A stretch of 64,000 nucleotides of DNA, taken from Squalus acanthias (lineage: Eukaryota). Positions 37,396-51,900 of this stretch are shown here, one piece after another. The position numbers and the translations under genes are program-made. Location: NCBI GenBank assembly GCA_030390025.1, contig JASTWF010000361.1, forward strand, positions 248,001 to 312,000. Reading direction: 5' to 3'. A model generated the notes under the pieces. The model was not told the DNA's origin, searched no databases, and was given only the letters and a program-made list of their open reading frames with translations. Numbering within the stretch: position 1 is the stretch's first letter; each line of letters begins with the position of its first letter.

Positions 37396-40211
37396 AGATG
37401 CCTGGGCTAGTAATCCAGAGTCCTGGACTAGTAATCCAGAGGCTGGGCTATTAATCCAGAGGTCTGGACTAGTAATTCAGTGGACTGGGCTAGTAATCCA
37501 GAGGCCTGGTCTAGTAATCCAGAGGCCTGGGCTAGTAATCCAGTGGCCTGGGCTAGTAATCCAGAGCTCTGGGCTGGTAATGCAGAGGTCTGGGCTGGTA
37601 ACCCAGAGGCTGGGCTAGTAATCCAGAGGCTGGGCTAGTTATCCAGAGGTCTGGGCTAGTAATCCAGCGGACTGGGCTAGTAATCCAGCGGACTGGGGTA
37701 GTAATCCAGACGTCTGGGCTAGTAATCCAGAGGCCTGGGCTAGTAATTCAGAGGCTGGGCTAGTAATCCAGAGACCTGGGCTAGTAATCCAGTGGCCTGG
37801 GCTAGTAATCCAGAGGCCGGGTTGGTAATCCAGACGTCTGGGCTAGTAATCCAGAGGCTGGGCTAGTAATCCAGATGCCTGGGCTAGTAATCCATATGCC
37901 TGGGCTAGTAATCCGGTGGCCTTGGCTGGTAATCCAGAAGCCTCGGCTAGTAATCCAGAGGCTGGGCTTGTAATCCAGAGGCTGGGCTAGTAATGCAGAG
38001 TCCTGGACTAGTAATCCAGAAGATGGACTAGCAATCCAGATGCCTGGGCTAGTAATTCAGAGTCCTGGACTAGTAATCCAGAGGCTGGGCTAGTAATCCA
38101 GAGGCCTGGACTAGTATTCCAAAGGCCTGGGCTAGAAATCCAGCGGACTGGGCTAGTATTCCAGCGGACTGGGGTAGCAATCCAGACGTCTGGGCTAGTA
38201 ATCCAGAGGCCTGGGCTAGTAATTCAGAGGCTGGGCTAGTAATCCAGAGGTCTGGGCTAGTAATCCAGAGGCTGGGCTATTAATCCAGAGTCCTGGGCTA
38301 GTAATCCAGTGGCCTAGGCTGGTAATCCAGAGGCCTGGGCTAGTAATCCAGAGCTCTGGGCTAGTAATGCAGAGGTCTGGGCTGGTAATCCAGAGGCTGG
38401 GCTAGTAATCCAGAAACCTGGGCAAGTAATCCAGACGTCTGGGCTAGTAATCTAGAGGCTGGGCTAGTAATCCAGACGCCTGGGCTAGTAATCCATAGGC
38501 CTGGGCTAGTAATCCGGTGGCCTTGGCTGGTAATCCAGAAGCCTCGGCTAGTATTCCAGAGGCTGGGCTAGTAATCCAGAGGGCTGGGATAGTAATCCAG
38601 AGGCCTGGACTAGTAATCCAGAGGCCTGGACTAGTAATCCACAGGCCTCAGCGAGTAAACAAGAATAATGTTCTAGTAATTTAGAATCCTGGGATAGTAA
38701 AACAGAGGCTGGGCTAGTAATTCAGAGGCTGGGCTAGTAATCCAGCGGACTGGGGTAGCAATCCAGACGTCTGGGCTAGTAATCCAGAGGCCTGGGCTAG
38801 TAATTCAGAGGCTGGGCTAGTAATCCAGAGGTCTGGGCTAGTAATCCAGAGGCTGGGCTATTAATCCAGAGTCCTGGGCTAGTAATCCAGTGGCCTAGGC
38901 TGGTAATCCAGAGGCCTGGGCTAGTAATCCAGAGCTCTGGGCTAGTAATGCAGAGGTCTGGGCTGGTAATCCAGAGGCTGGGCTAGTAATCCAGAAACCT
39001 GGGCAAGTAATCCAGAGGACTGGGGTAGTAAAACAGAGGCTGGGCTAGTAATCCAGAGGCCGGGTTGGTAATCCAGACGTCTGGGCTAGTAATCTAGAGG
39101 CTGGGCTAGTAATCCAGACGCCTGGGCTAGTAATCCATAGGCCTGGGCTTGTAATCCGGTGGCCTTGGCTGGTAATCCAGAAGCCTCGGCTAGTATTCCA
39201 GAGGCTGGGCTAGTAATCCAGAGGGCTGGGATAGTAATCCAGAGGCCTGGACTAGTAATCCAGAGGCCTGGACTAGTAATCCACAGGCCTCAGCGAGTAA
39301 ACAAGAATAATGTTCTAGTAATTTAGAATCCTGGGATAGTAAAACAGAGGCTGGGCTAGTAATTCAGAGGCTGGGCTAGTAATCCAGAGGTCTGGGCTAG
39401 TAATCCAGAGGCCTGGGCTAGTAATCCGGAGGCTGAGCTCGTAATCCAGAGGCCTGGGCTGGTAATCCTAAGGCTGAGCTAGTAATCCAGAGGCCTGGAC
39501 TAGTAATCCAGAGGCCTGGGCGAGTATTCCCGAGGCTGGACTAGTAATCCAGAGGCTGTGTTAGTAATCTAGATGCTGGACTAGTAATCCAGAAACATGG
39601 AATAGTAATCTAGAGACCTAGGCTAGTAATCCAGAGGCTGGATAGTAATCCAGAGGAATGGACTAGTAATCTAGAGTCCTTGGCTAGTAATCCAGAGGCC
39701 TGGACTAGTAATCCAGAAACCTGGACTAGTAATCCAGAGGCCTGGTCTAGTAAGACAGAGGCTGGGCTAGTAATCCAAAGGCTGGACTAGTAATCCAGAG
39801 GCCTGGGCTAGTAATCCAGAGACCTGGTCCAGTAATCCAGAGGCTGGACTAGTAATCCAGTGGCCTGGGCTAGTAATCTAGAGGCCTGGGCTAGTAAACC
39901 AGAGGCTGGACTAGTAATCCAGTGGCTGGACTAGTAATCCAGAGGCCTGGGCTAGTAATCCAGAGGCATGGGCTAGTAATCCAGAGGCTGTGTTAGTAAT
40001 CTAGAGGCTGGACTAGTAATCCAGAGGCTGGACTAATAATCCAGAGGCCTGGGCTTGTAATCCAGAGGCTGGACTAGTAATCCAGGGGCCTTGGCTCATA
40101 ATCCAGAGGCCTGGGCTAGTAACCCTGACGCCTGGGCTAGTAATCCCGAGGCCTGGGCTCGTAATCCAGAGACTGGGCAAGTAATCCAGAGGCTGGGCTC
40201 GTAATCCAGAG

Positions 40212-40503
40212 AATCACAGAAGAATCACAGAATCCCCACAGTGCAGATAGAGGCCATTTCGGCCCATCGAGCCTGCACCGACACATATCCCACCCTATCC
40301 AAGTAACCCCACATATTTAATCCCCCTAACACTAAGGGTCAATTTTATCATAGCCAAATCAACCTAACCCGCACATCTTTAGACTGGGGGAGGAAACCGG
40401 AGCACCTGGAGTAAACCCACGCAGACACGGGGAGAATGTGCAAACTCCACACAGACAGTAACCCGAGGCCGGATTCGAACCTGGGTCCCTGGCGCTGTGA
40501 GGC
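40212..40503 (-). mobile_element. HE1-like SINE copy (variant B)
   Basis: Same junctions and variant B diagnostics. Confidence 0.88.
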
Positions 40504-43500
40504 CTGGGCTAGTAATACAGAGTCCTGGACTAGTAATCCAGAGGCTGGGCTAGTAATCCAGAGGACTGAGCTAGTAATCCAGAGGCCTGGGCTAGTAATC
40601 CAGAGGCCTGGGCTAGTAATCCAGAGGCCTAGGCTGGTAATCCAGAGGCCTGGCATAGTAATCCAGAGGCCTGGGCTAGTAATTCAGAGGCTGTGCTAGT
40701 AATCCAGGGTCTGGGCTAGTAATCCAGAGGCTGGGCTTGTAATCCAGAAGCTGGCCTTGTAATCCAGAGGCTGGGCAACTAATCCAGAGGCCTGTTGTAG
40801 TAATCCAGAGACCTGGGCTAGTAATCCAGAAGTCTGGGCTAGTAATCCAGAGGCTGAGCTAGTAATCCAGAGGCCTGGAATAGTATTCCAAAGGCCTGGG
40901 CTAGTAATCCAGAGGCTGGGCTATTAATCCAGAGGCCTGGACTAGTAATCCAGTGGACTGGGCTAGTAATCCAGAGGCCTGGTCTAGTAATCCAGAGGCC
41001 TGGGCTAGTAATCCAGTGGCCTGGGCTGGTAATCAAGTGGCCTGGCTAGTAATCCAGAGGCCTGGGCTAGTAGTCCAGAGTTCTGGGCTAGTAATGCAGA
41101 GGTCTGGGCTGGTAATCCAGAGGCTGGGCTAGTAATCCAGATGCTGGGCTAGTAATCCAGAGGTCTGGGCTAGTAATCCAGAGGACTGGGGTAGTAATTC
41201 AGAGGCCTGGGCTACTAATCCAGAGGCCTTGGCTAGTAATCCTGTGTCCTGGGCCAGTAATCCAGAGGCCTCGGCTAGTCATCCAGTGGCTGGGCTTGTA
41301 ATCCAGAGGCTGGGCTAGTATCCCAGAGGCCTGGACTAGTATTCCAAAGGCCTGGGCTAGTAATCCAGAGGATGGGCTAGTAATCCACAGGCCTGGTCTA
41401 GTAATCCACAGGCCTGGGCTAGTATTCCAGTGGCCTGCCTAGTAATCCAGAGGCCTGGGCTAGTAATCCAGAGGCTGGGCTAGTAATCCAGAGCTCTGGG
41501 CTAGTAAAGCAGAGGTCTGGGCTGGTAATCCAGAGGCTGGGCTAGTAATCCAGAGGCTGGGCTAGTAATCCAGAGTTCTGGGCTAGTAATCCAGCAGACT
41601 GGGGTAGTAATCCAGAGGCTGGGCTAGTAATCAAGAGGCTGAGCTAGTAATCCAGTGGCTGGGTTGGTAATCCAGAAGTCTGGGCTAGTAATCCAGAGGC
41701 CTGGGCTAGTAATTCAGAGGCTGGGCTAGTAATCCAGAGGGCTGGGCTAGTAATTCAGATGCTGGGCTAGTAATCCAGACGCCTGGGCTAGTAATCCGGT
41801 GGCCTTGGCTGGTAATCCAGATGCCTCGGCTAGAAATCCAGAGGCTGGGCTAGTAATCCAGAGGGCTGGGCTAGTAATCCAGAGGCCTGGACTAGTAATC
41901 CACAGGCCTCAGCGAGTAAACAAGAATATTTTCCATTAATTTAGAATCCTGGGATAGTGAAACAGTAATCCGGTGGCCTTGGCTGGTAATCCAGATGCCT
42001 CGGCTAGAAATCCAGAGGCTGGGCTAGTAATCCAGAGGGCTGGGCTAGTAATCCAGAGGCCTGGACTAGTAATCCACAGGCCTCAGCGAGTAAACAAGAA
42101 TATTTTCCATTAATTTAGAATCCTGGGATAGTGAAACAGTAATCCGGTGGCCTTGGCTGGTAATCCAGAAGCCTCGGCTAGAAATCCAGAGGCTGGGCTA
42201 GTAATCCAGAGGTCTGGGCTAGTAATCCAGAGGCCTGGGCTAGTAATCCAGAAGTCTGGGCTAGTAATCCAGAGGCCTGGGCTAGTAATCCAGAGGTCTG
42301 GGCTTGTAATCCAGAGGTCTGGGCTGGTAATCCAGTGGCTGGGCTAGTAATCCAGAGGCCTGGGCTAATAATCCAGAGGCCTGGGCTAGTAATCCAGAGG
42401 CCTGTGCTAGTAATCCAGAGGCCTGGGATAGTAATCCAGAAGTCTGTGCTAGTAATCCGGAGGCTGAGCTAGTAATCCGGAGGCTGGACTAGTAATCCAG
42501 AGGCCTGGGCTAGTAATCCAGAGGCCTGGGCTAGTAATCCTGAGTCTGGGTTGAAAATCCAAAGTCTGGGCTAGTAATCCAGAGGCCTGGACTAGTAATC
42601 CAGAGGCTGGGCTAGTAATCCAGAGGCTGGGCTAGTAATCCAGAGGCTGGGCTAGTAATCCCGCGTCCTGGGCTAGTAATCCAGAGGCCTGGGCTAGTAA
42701 TCCAGAGGCTGGACTAGTAATCCAGAGGTCTGGTTTAGTAATCCAGAGGCCTGGAATAGTAATCCAGAGGCCAGTATTAGTAAACCAGAGCCCTGGGCTT
42801 GTAATCCAGAGGCCTGGGCTAGTAAACCAGAGGCCTGGTCTACTAATCCAGAGGCTGGACGAGCAATCCAGAGCCTGGACTAGTGAACCAGAGGCTTGAC
42901 TACTACACCAGAGGCCTGGGCTAGTAATCCATAGGCTGAGCTAGTAATCCAGAGGCCTGGCCTAGTAATCCAATGGCCTGGCCTAGTAATCCAGAGGCCT
43001 GGCCTAGTAATCCAGAGGCCTGGACTAGTAATCCAATGGCCTGGACTAGTAATCCAGAGGCTGGGCTAGAAATCCAGCGGCCTGGGCTAGTAATCCAGAG
43101 GCTGGGCTAGTAATACAGAGGCTGGACTATTAATCCAGGGGCCTGGGCTTGTAATCCAGAGGCTGGAATAGTAATACAGAGGCTGGGCTAGTAATCCAGA
43201 GGCTGGGCTAGTAACCAGAGGCCTGGGCTAGTAAACTGCAGTCTGGACTAGTTATCCAGAGGCTGGGCTAGTAATGCAGAGGCTGGGCTAGTAATCCAGT
43301 GGCCTAGACTAGTAATCCAGAGGCTGGGCTAGTAATCCAGAGGCATGGACTAGTAATCCAAAGGCTGGGCTATTAATCCAGAGGCCTGACTAGTAATCCA
43401 GAGGCCTGGACTAGTAATCCAGAGGCTGCGCTTGTAATCCAGAGGTTGGGCTAGTAATCCAGATGCTGGGTTGGTAATTCAGATGTCTGGGCTAGTAATT

Positions 43501-46384
43501 CAGAGGCTGGGCCACTAATCCAGTGGCTGGGCTAGTAATTCAGAGGCTGGGCTAGTAATCCAGAGGTCTGGGCTAGTAATCCAGAGGCCTGGGCTAGTAA
43601 TCCGGACGCTGAGCTCGTAATCCAGAGGCCTGGGCTGGTAATCCTAAATCTGAGCTAGTAATCCAGAGGCCTGGACTAGTAATCCAGTGGCCTGGACTTG
43701 TAATCCAGAGGTTGAGCTAGTAATCCAGAGGCCTGGGCGAGTATTCCCGAGGCGGAACTAGTAATCCAGAGGCTGTGTTAGTAATCCAGAGGCTGGACTA
43801 GTAATCCAGAAACATGGACTAGTACTCTAGAGACCTAGGCTAGTAATCCAGAGGCTGGATACTAATCCAGAGGATGGGCTATTAATCCAGAGGCCTGGAC
43901 TATTAATCCAGTGGACTGGGCTAGTAATCCACAGGCCTGGTCTAGTAATCCAGAGGCCTGGGCTAGTATTCCAGTGCCCTGCCTAGTAATCCAGAGGCCT
44001 GGGCTAGTAATCCAGAGGCTGGGCTAGTAATCCAGAGCTCTGGGCTAGTAAAGCAGAGGTCTGGGCTGGTAATCCAGAGGCTGGGCTAGTAATCCAGAGG
44101 CTGGGCTAGTAATCCAGAGTTCTGGGCTAGTAATCCAGCAGACTGGGGTAGTAATCCAGAGGCTGGGCTTGTAATCAAGAGGCTGAGCTAGTAATCCAGT
44201 GGCTGGGTTGGTAATCCAGAAGTCTGGGCTAGTAATCCAGAGGCCTGGGCTAGTAATTCAGAGGCTGGGCTAGTAATCCAGACTCCTGGGCTAGTAATCC
44301 GGTGGCCTTGGCTGGTAATCCAGATGCCTCGGCTAGAAATCCAGAGGCTGGGCTAGTAATCCAGAGGGCTGGGCTAGTAATCCAGAGGCCTGGACTAGTA
44401 ATCCACAGGCCTCAGCGAGTAAACAAGAATATTTTCCATTAATTTAGAATCCTGGGATAGTGAAACAGTAATCCGGTGGCCTTGGCTGGTAATCCAGAAG
44501 CCTCGGCTAGAAATCCAGAGGCTGGGCTAGTAATCCAGAGGGCTGGGCTAGTAATCCAGAGGCCTGGGCTATTAATCCAGAGGTCTGGGCTAGTAATCCA
44601 GAGGCCTGGGCTAGTAATCCAGAAATCTGGGCTAGTAATCCAGAGGCCTGGGCTAGTAATCCAGAGGTCTGGGCTTGTAATCCAGAGGTCTGGGCTGGTA
44701 ATCCAGTGGCTGGGCTAGTAATCCAGTGGCCTGGGCTAATAATCCAGAGGCCTGGGCTAGTAATCCAGAGGCCTGTGCTAGTAATCCAGAGGCCTGGGAT
44801 AGTAATCCAGAAGTCTGTGCTAGTAATCCAGAGGCTGAGCTAGTAATCCGGAGGCTGGACTAGTAATCCAGAGGCCTGGGCTAGTAATCCAGAGGCCTGG
44901 GCTAGTAATCCTGAGTCTGGGTTGAAAATCCAAAGTCTGGGCTAGTAATCCAGAGGCCTGGACTAGTAATCCAGAGGCTGGGCTAGTAATCCAGAGGCTG
45001 GGCTAGTAATCCAGAGGCTGGGCTAGTAATCCCGCGTCCTGGGCTAGTAATCCAGAGGCCTGGGCTAGTAATCCAGAGGCTGGACTAGTAATCCAGAGGT
45101 CTGGTTTAGTAATCCAGAGGCCTGGAATAGTAATCCAGAGGCCAGTATTAGTAATCCAGAGCCCTGGGCTTGTAATCCAGAGGCCTGGGCTAGTAATCCA
45201 GAGGCCTGGTCTAGTAATCCAGAGGCCTGGGCTAGTAATCCAGTGGCCTGGGCTAGTAATCCAGAGCTCTGGGCTGGTAATGCAGAGGTCTGGGCTGGTA
45301 ACCCAGAGGCTGGGCTAGTAATCCAGAGGCTGGGCTAGTTATCCAGAGGTCTGGGCTAGTAATCCAGCGGACTGGGCTAGTAATCCAGCGGACTGGGGTA
45401 GTAATCCAGACGTCTGGGCTAGTAATCCAGAGGCCTGGGCTAGTAATTCAGAGGCTGGGCTAGTAATCCAGAGACCTGGGCTAGTAATCCAGTGGCCTGG
45501 GCTAGTAATCCAGAGGCCGGGTTGGTAATCCAGACGTCTGGGCTAGTAATCCAGAGGCTGGGCTAGTAATCCAGATGCCTGGGCTAGTAATCCATATGCC
45601 TGGGCTAGTAATCCGGTGGCCTTGGCTGGTAATCCAGAAGCCTCGGCTAGTAATCCAGAGGCTGGGCTTGTAATCCAGAGGCTGGGCTAGTAATGCAGAG
45701 TCCTGGACTAGTAATCCAGAAGATGGACTAGCAATCCAGATGCCTGGGCTAGTAATCCAGAGTCCTGGACTAGTAATCCAGAGGCTGGGCTAGTAATCCA
45801 GAGCCTGGACTAGTATTCCAAAGGCCTGGGCTAGAAATCCAGCGGACTGGGCTAGTATTCCAGCGGACTGGGGTAGCAATCCAGACGTCTGGGCTAGTAA
45901 TCCAGAGGCCTGGGCTAGTAATTCAGAGGCTGGGCTAGTAATCCAGAGGTCTGGGCTAGTAATCCAGAGGCTGGGCTATTAATCCAGAGTCCTGGGCTAG
46001 TAATCCAGTGGCCTGGGCTGGTAATCCAGAGGCCTGCGCTAGTAATCCAGAGCTCTGGGCTAGTAATGCAGAGGTCTGGGCTGGTAATCCAGAGGCTGGG
46101 CTAGTAATCCAGAAACCTGGGCAAGTAATCCAGAGGACTGGGGTAGTAAAACAAAGGCTGGGCTAGTAATCCAGAGGCCGGGTTGGTAATCCAGACGTCT
46201 GGGCTAGTAATCTAGAGGCTGGACTAATAATCCAGTGGCCTGGGCTAGTAATACAAAAGGCCTGGGCTAGTAATCCAGTGGCCTGGGCTGGTAATCCCGA
46301 GGCCTGGGCTAGTAATCGAGAGGATGGACTAGTAATCCCGAGGCCTGGGCTAGTAATCCCGAGGCATGGGCTCGTAATCCAGAG

Positions 46385-46463
46385 AATCACAGAAGAATCA
46401 CAGAATCCGCACAGTGCAGATAGAGGCCATTTCGGCCCATCGAGCCTGCACCGACACATATCC
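46385..46463 (-). mobile_element. HE1-like SINE 3'-end remnant (variant A, deleted)
   Basis: Matches 29696-29774, but with no Penelope copy upstream. Confidence 0.85.
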
Positions 46464-48698
46464 AGATGCCTGGGCTAGTAATCCAGAGTCCTGGACTAGT
46501 AATCCAGAGGCTGGGCTATTAATCCAGAGGTCTGGACTAGTAATTCAGTGGACTGGGCTAGTAATCCAGAGGCCTGGTCTAGTAATCCAGAGGCCTGGGC
46601 TAGTAATCCAGTGGCCTGGGCTAGTAATCCAGAGCTCTGGGCTGGTAATGCAGAGGTCTGGGCTGGTAACCCAGAGGCTGGGCTAGTAATCCAGAGGCTG
46701 GGCTAGTTATCCAGAGGTCTGGGCTAGTAATCCAGCGGACTGGGCTAGTAATCCAGCGGACTGGGGTAGTAATCCAGACGTCTGGGCTAGTAATCCAGAG
46801 GCCTGGGCTAGTAATTCAGAGGCTGGGCTAGTAATCCAGAGACCTGGGCTAGTAATCCAGTGGCCTGGGCTAGTAATCCAGAGGCCGGGTTGGTAATCCA
46901 GACGTCTGGGCTAGTAATCCAGAGGCTGGGCTAGTAATCCAGATGCCTGGGCTAGTAATCCATATGCCTGGGCTAGTAATCCGGTGGCCTTGGCTGGTAA
47001 TCCAGAAGCCTCGGCTAGTAATCCAGAGGCTGGGCTTGTAATCCAGAGGCTGGGCTAGTAATGCAGAGTCCTGGACTAGTAATCCAGAAGATGGACTAGC
47101 AATCCAGATGCCTGGGCTAGTAATCCAGAGTCCTGGACTAGTAATCCAGAGGCTGGGCTAGTAATCCAGAGGCCTGGACTAGTATTCCAAAGGCCTGGGC
47201 TAGAAATCCAGCGGACTGGGCTAGTATTCCAGCGGACTGGGGTAGCAATCCAGACGTCTGGGCTAGTAATCCAGAGGCCTGGGCTAGTAATTCAGAGGCT
47301 GGGCTAGTAATCCAGAGGTCTGGGCTAGTAATCCAGAGGCTGGGCTATTAATCCAGAGTCCTGGGCTAGTAATCCAGTGGCCTAGGCTGGTAATCCAGAG
47401 GCCTGGGCTAGTAATCCAGAGCTCTGGGCTAGTAATGCAGAGGTCTGGGCTGGTAATCCAGAGGCTGGGCTAGTAATCCAGAAACCTGGGCAAGTAATCC
47501 AGAGGACTGGGGTAGTAAAACAGAGGACGGGCTAGTAATCCAGAGGCCGGGTTGGTAATCCAGACGTCTGGGCTAGTAATCTAGAGGCTGGGCTAGTAAT
47601 CCAGACGCCTGGGCTAGTAATCCATAGGCCTGGGCTAGTAATCCGGTGGCCTTGGCTGGTAATCCAAAAGCCTCGGCTAGTATTCCAGAGGCTGGGCTAG
47701 TAATCCAGAGGGCTGGGATAGTAATCCAGAGGCCTGGACTAGTAATCCAGAGGCATGGACTAGTAATCCACAGGCCTCAGCGAGTAAACAAGAATAATGT
47801 TCTAGTAATTTAGAATCCTGGGATAGTAAAACAGAGGCTGGGCTAGTAATTCAGAGGCTGGGCTAGTAATCCAGAGGTCTGGGCTAATAATCCAGAGGCC
47901 TGGGCTAGTAATCCGGAGGCTGAGCTCGTAATCCAGAGGCCTGGGCTGGTAATCCTAAGGCTGAGCTAGTAATCCAGAGGCCTGGACTAGTAATCCAGAG
48001 GCCTGGGCGAGTATTCCCGAGGCTGGACTAGTAATCCAGAGGCTGTATTAGTAATCTAGATGCTGGACTAGTAATCCAGAAACATGGAATAGTAATCTAG
48101 AGACCTAGGCTAGTAATCCAGAGGCTGGATAGTAATCCAGAGGAATGGACTAGTAATCTAGAGTCCTTGGCTAGTAATCCAGAGGCCTGGACTAGTAATC
48201 CAGAAACCTGGACTAGTAATCCAGAGGCCTGGTCTAGTAAGACAGAGGCTGGGCTAGTAATCCAAAGGCTGGACTAGTAATCCAGAGGCCTGGGCTAGTA
48301 ATCCAGAGACCTGGTCCAGTAATCCAGAGGCTGGACTAGTAATCCAGTGGCCTGGGCTAGTAATCTAGAGGCCTGGGCTAGTAAACCAGAGGCTGGACTA
48401 GTAATCCAGTGGCTGGATTAGTAATCCAGAGGCCTGGGCTAGTAATCCAGAGGCATGGGCTAGTAATCCAGAGGCTGTGTTAGTAATCTAGAGGCTGGAC
48501 TAGTAATCCAGAGGCTGGACTAATAATCCAGAGGCCTGGGCTTGTAATCCAGAGGCTGGACTAGTAATCCAGGGGCCTTGGCTCATAATCCAGAGGCCTG
48601 GGCTAGTAACCCTGACGCCTGGGCTAGTAATCCCGAGGCCTGGGCTCGTAATCCAGAGACTGGGCAAGTAATCCAGAGGCTGGGCTCGTAATCCAGAG

Positions 48699-48990
48699 AA
48701 TCACAGAAGAATCACAGAATCCCCACAGTGCAGATAGAGGCCATTTCGGCCCATCGAGCCTGCACCGACACATATCCCACCCTATCCAAGTAACCCCACA
48801 TATTTAATCCCCCTAACACTAAGGGTCAATTTTATCATAGCCAAATCAACCTAACCCGCACATCTTTAGACTGGGGGAGGAAACCGGAGCACCTGGAGTA
48901 AACCCACGCAGACACGGGGAGAATGTGCAAACTCCACACAGACAGTAACCCGAGGCCGGATTCGAACCTGGGTCCCTGGCACTGTGAGGC
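48699..48990 (-). mobile_element. HE1-like SINE copy (variant B)
   Basis: Same junctions and variant B diagnostics. Confidence 0.88.
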
Positions 48991-51900
48991 CTGGGCTAGT
49001 AATACAGAGTCCTGGACTAGTAATCCAGAGGCTGGGCTAGTAATCCAGAGGACTGAGCTAGTAATCCAGAGGCCTGGGCTAGTAATCCAGAGGCCTGGGC
49101 TAGTAATCCAGAGGCCTAGGCTGGTAATCCAGAGGCCTGGCATAGTAATCCAGAGGCCTGGGCTAGTAATCCAGAGGCTGTGCTAGTAATCCAGGGTCTG
49201 GGCTAGTAATCCAGAGGCTGGGCTTGTAATCCAGAAGCTGGCCTTGTAATCCAGAGGCTGGGCAACTAATCCAGAGGCCTGTTGTAGTAATCCAGAGACC
49301 TGGGCTAGTAATCCAGAAGTCTGGGCTAGTAATCCAGAGGCTGAGCTAGTAATCCAGAGGCCTGGAATAGTATTCCAAAGGCCTGGGCTAGTAATCCAGA
49401 GGCTGGGCTATTAATCCAGAGGCCTGGACTAGTAATCCAGTGGACTGGGCTAGTAATCCAGAGGCCTGGTCAAGTAATCCAGAGGCCTGGGCTAGTAATC
49501 CAGTGGCCTGGGCTGGTAATCAAGTGGCCTGGCTAGTAATCCAGAGGCCTGGGCTAGTAGTCCAGAGTTCTGGGCTAGTAATGCAGAGGTCTGGGCTGGT
49601 AATCCAGAGGCTGGGCTAGTAATCCAGATGCTGGGCTAGTAATCCAGAGGTCTGGGCTAGTAATCCAGAGGACTGGGGTAGTAATCCAGAGGCTGGACTA
49701 CTAATCCAGAAGCTGGACTAGTAATCCAGAGGCTGGGCTAGTAATCCAGAGGCCTGGGCTACTAATCCAGAGGCCTTGGCTAGTAATCCTGTGTCCTGGG
49801 CCAGTAATCCAGAGGCCTCGGCTAGTCATCCAGTGGCTGGGCTTGTAATCCAGAGGCTGGGCTAGTATCCCAGAGGCCTGGACTAGTATTCCAAAGGCCT
49901 GGGCTAGTAATCCAGAGGATGGGCTATTAATCCAGAGGCCTGGACTATTAATCCAGTGGACTGGGCTAGTAATCCACAGGCCTGGTCTAGTAATCCACAG
50001 GCCTGGGCTAGTATTCCAGTGGCCTGCCTAGTAATCCAGAGGCCTGGGCTAGTAATCCAGAGGCAGGGCTAGTAATCCAGAGCTCTGGGCTAGTAAAGCA
50101 GAGGTCTGGGCTGGTAATCCAGAGGCTGGGCTAGTAATCAAGAGGCTGGGCTAGTAATCCAGAGTTCTGGGCTAGTAATCCAGCAGACTGGGGTAGTAAT
50201 CCAGAGGCTGGGCTAGTAATCAAGAGGCTGAGCTAGTAATCCAGTGGCTGGGTTGGTAATCCAGAAGTCTGGGCTAGTAATCCAGAGGCCTGGGCTAGTA
50301 ATTCAGAGGCTGGGCTAGTAATCCAGAGGGCTGGGCTAGTAATTCAGATGCTGGGCTAGTAATCCAGACGCCTGGGCTAGTAATCCGGTGGCCTTGGCTG
50401 GTAATCCAGATGCCTCGGCTAGAAATCCAGAGGCTGGGCTAGTAATCCAGAGGGCTGGGCTAGTAATCCAGAGGCCTGGACTAGTAATCCACAGGCCTCA
50501 GCGAGTAAACAAGAATATTTTCCATTAATTTAGAATCCTGGGATAGTGAAACAGTAATCCGGTGGCCTTGGCTGGTAATCCAGAAGCCTCGGCTAGAAAT
50601 CCAGAGGCTGGGCTAGTAATCCAGAGGGCTGGGCTAGTAATCCAGAGGCCTGGGCTATTAATCCAGAGGTCTGGGCTAGTAATCCAGAGGCCTGGGCTAG
50701 TAATCCAGAAGTCTGGGCTAGTAATCCAGAGGTCTGGGCTAGTAATCCAGAGGTCTGGGCTTGTAATCCAGAGGTCTGGGCTGGTAATCCAGTGGCTGGG
50801 CTAGTAATCCAGAGGCCTGGGCTAATAATCCAGAGGCCTGGGCTAGTAATCCAGAGGCCTGTGCTAGTAATCCAGAGGCCTGGGATAGTAATCCAGAAGT
50901 CTGTGCTAGTAATCCAGAGGCTGAGCTAGTAATCCGGAGGCTGGACTAGTAATCCAGAGGCCTGGGCTAGTAATCCAGAGGCCTGGGCTAGTAATCCTGA
51001 GTCTTGTTTGAAAATCCAAAATCTGGGCTAGTAATCCAGAGGCCTGGACTAGTAATCCAGAGGCTGGGCTAGTAATCCAGAGGCTGGGCTAGTAATCCAG
51101 AGGCCTGGACTAGTAATCCAGAGGCTGGGCTAGTAATCCAAAGTCTGGGCTAGTAATCCAGAGGCCTGGACTAGTAATCCAGAGGCTGGGCTAGTAATCC
51201 AGAGGCTGGGCTAGTAATCCAGAGGCTGGGCTAGTAATCCCGCGTCCTGGGCTAGTAATCCAGAGGCCTGGGCTAGTAATCCAGAGGCTGGACTAGTAAT
51301 CCAGAGGTCTGGTTTAGTAATCCAGAGGCCTGGAATAGTAATCCAGAGGCCAGTATTAGTAAACCAGAGCCCTGGGCTTGTAATCCAGAGGCCTGGGCTA
51401 GTAAACCAGAGGCCTGGTCTACTAATCCAGAGGCTGGATGAGCAATCCAGAGCATGGACTAGTGAACCAGAGGCTTGACGAATACACCAGAGGCCTGGGC
51501 TAGTAATCCATAGGCTGAGCTAGTAATCCAGAGGCCTGGCCTAGTAATCCAATGGCCTGGCCTAGTAATCCAGAGGCCTGGCCTAGTAATCCAGAGGCCT
51601 GGACTAGTAATCCAATGGCCTGGACTAGTAATCCAGAGGCTGGGCTAGAAATCCAGCGGCCTGGGCTAGTAATCCAGAGGCTGGGCTAGTAATACAGAGG
51701 CTGGACTATTAATCCAGGGGCCTGGGCTTGTAATCCAGAGGCTGGAATAGTAATACAGAGGCTGGGCTAGTAATCCAGAGGCTGGGCTAGTAACCAGAGG
51801 CCTGGGCTAGTAAACTGCAGTCTGGACTAGTTATCCAGAGGCTGGGCAAGTAATGCAGAGGCTGGGCTAGTAATCCAGTGGCCTAGACTAGTAATCCAGA

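Larger units (their letters stand above)
27962..43200. repeat. Higher-order duplication, period ~7.5-7.6 kb, carrying SINE-C, Penelope, SINE-A remnant and SINE-B
   Basis: Offsets are 7621 (27962/35583, 28300/35921, 29696/37317) and 7538 (32674/40212). The right boundary is approximate. Confidence 0.8.
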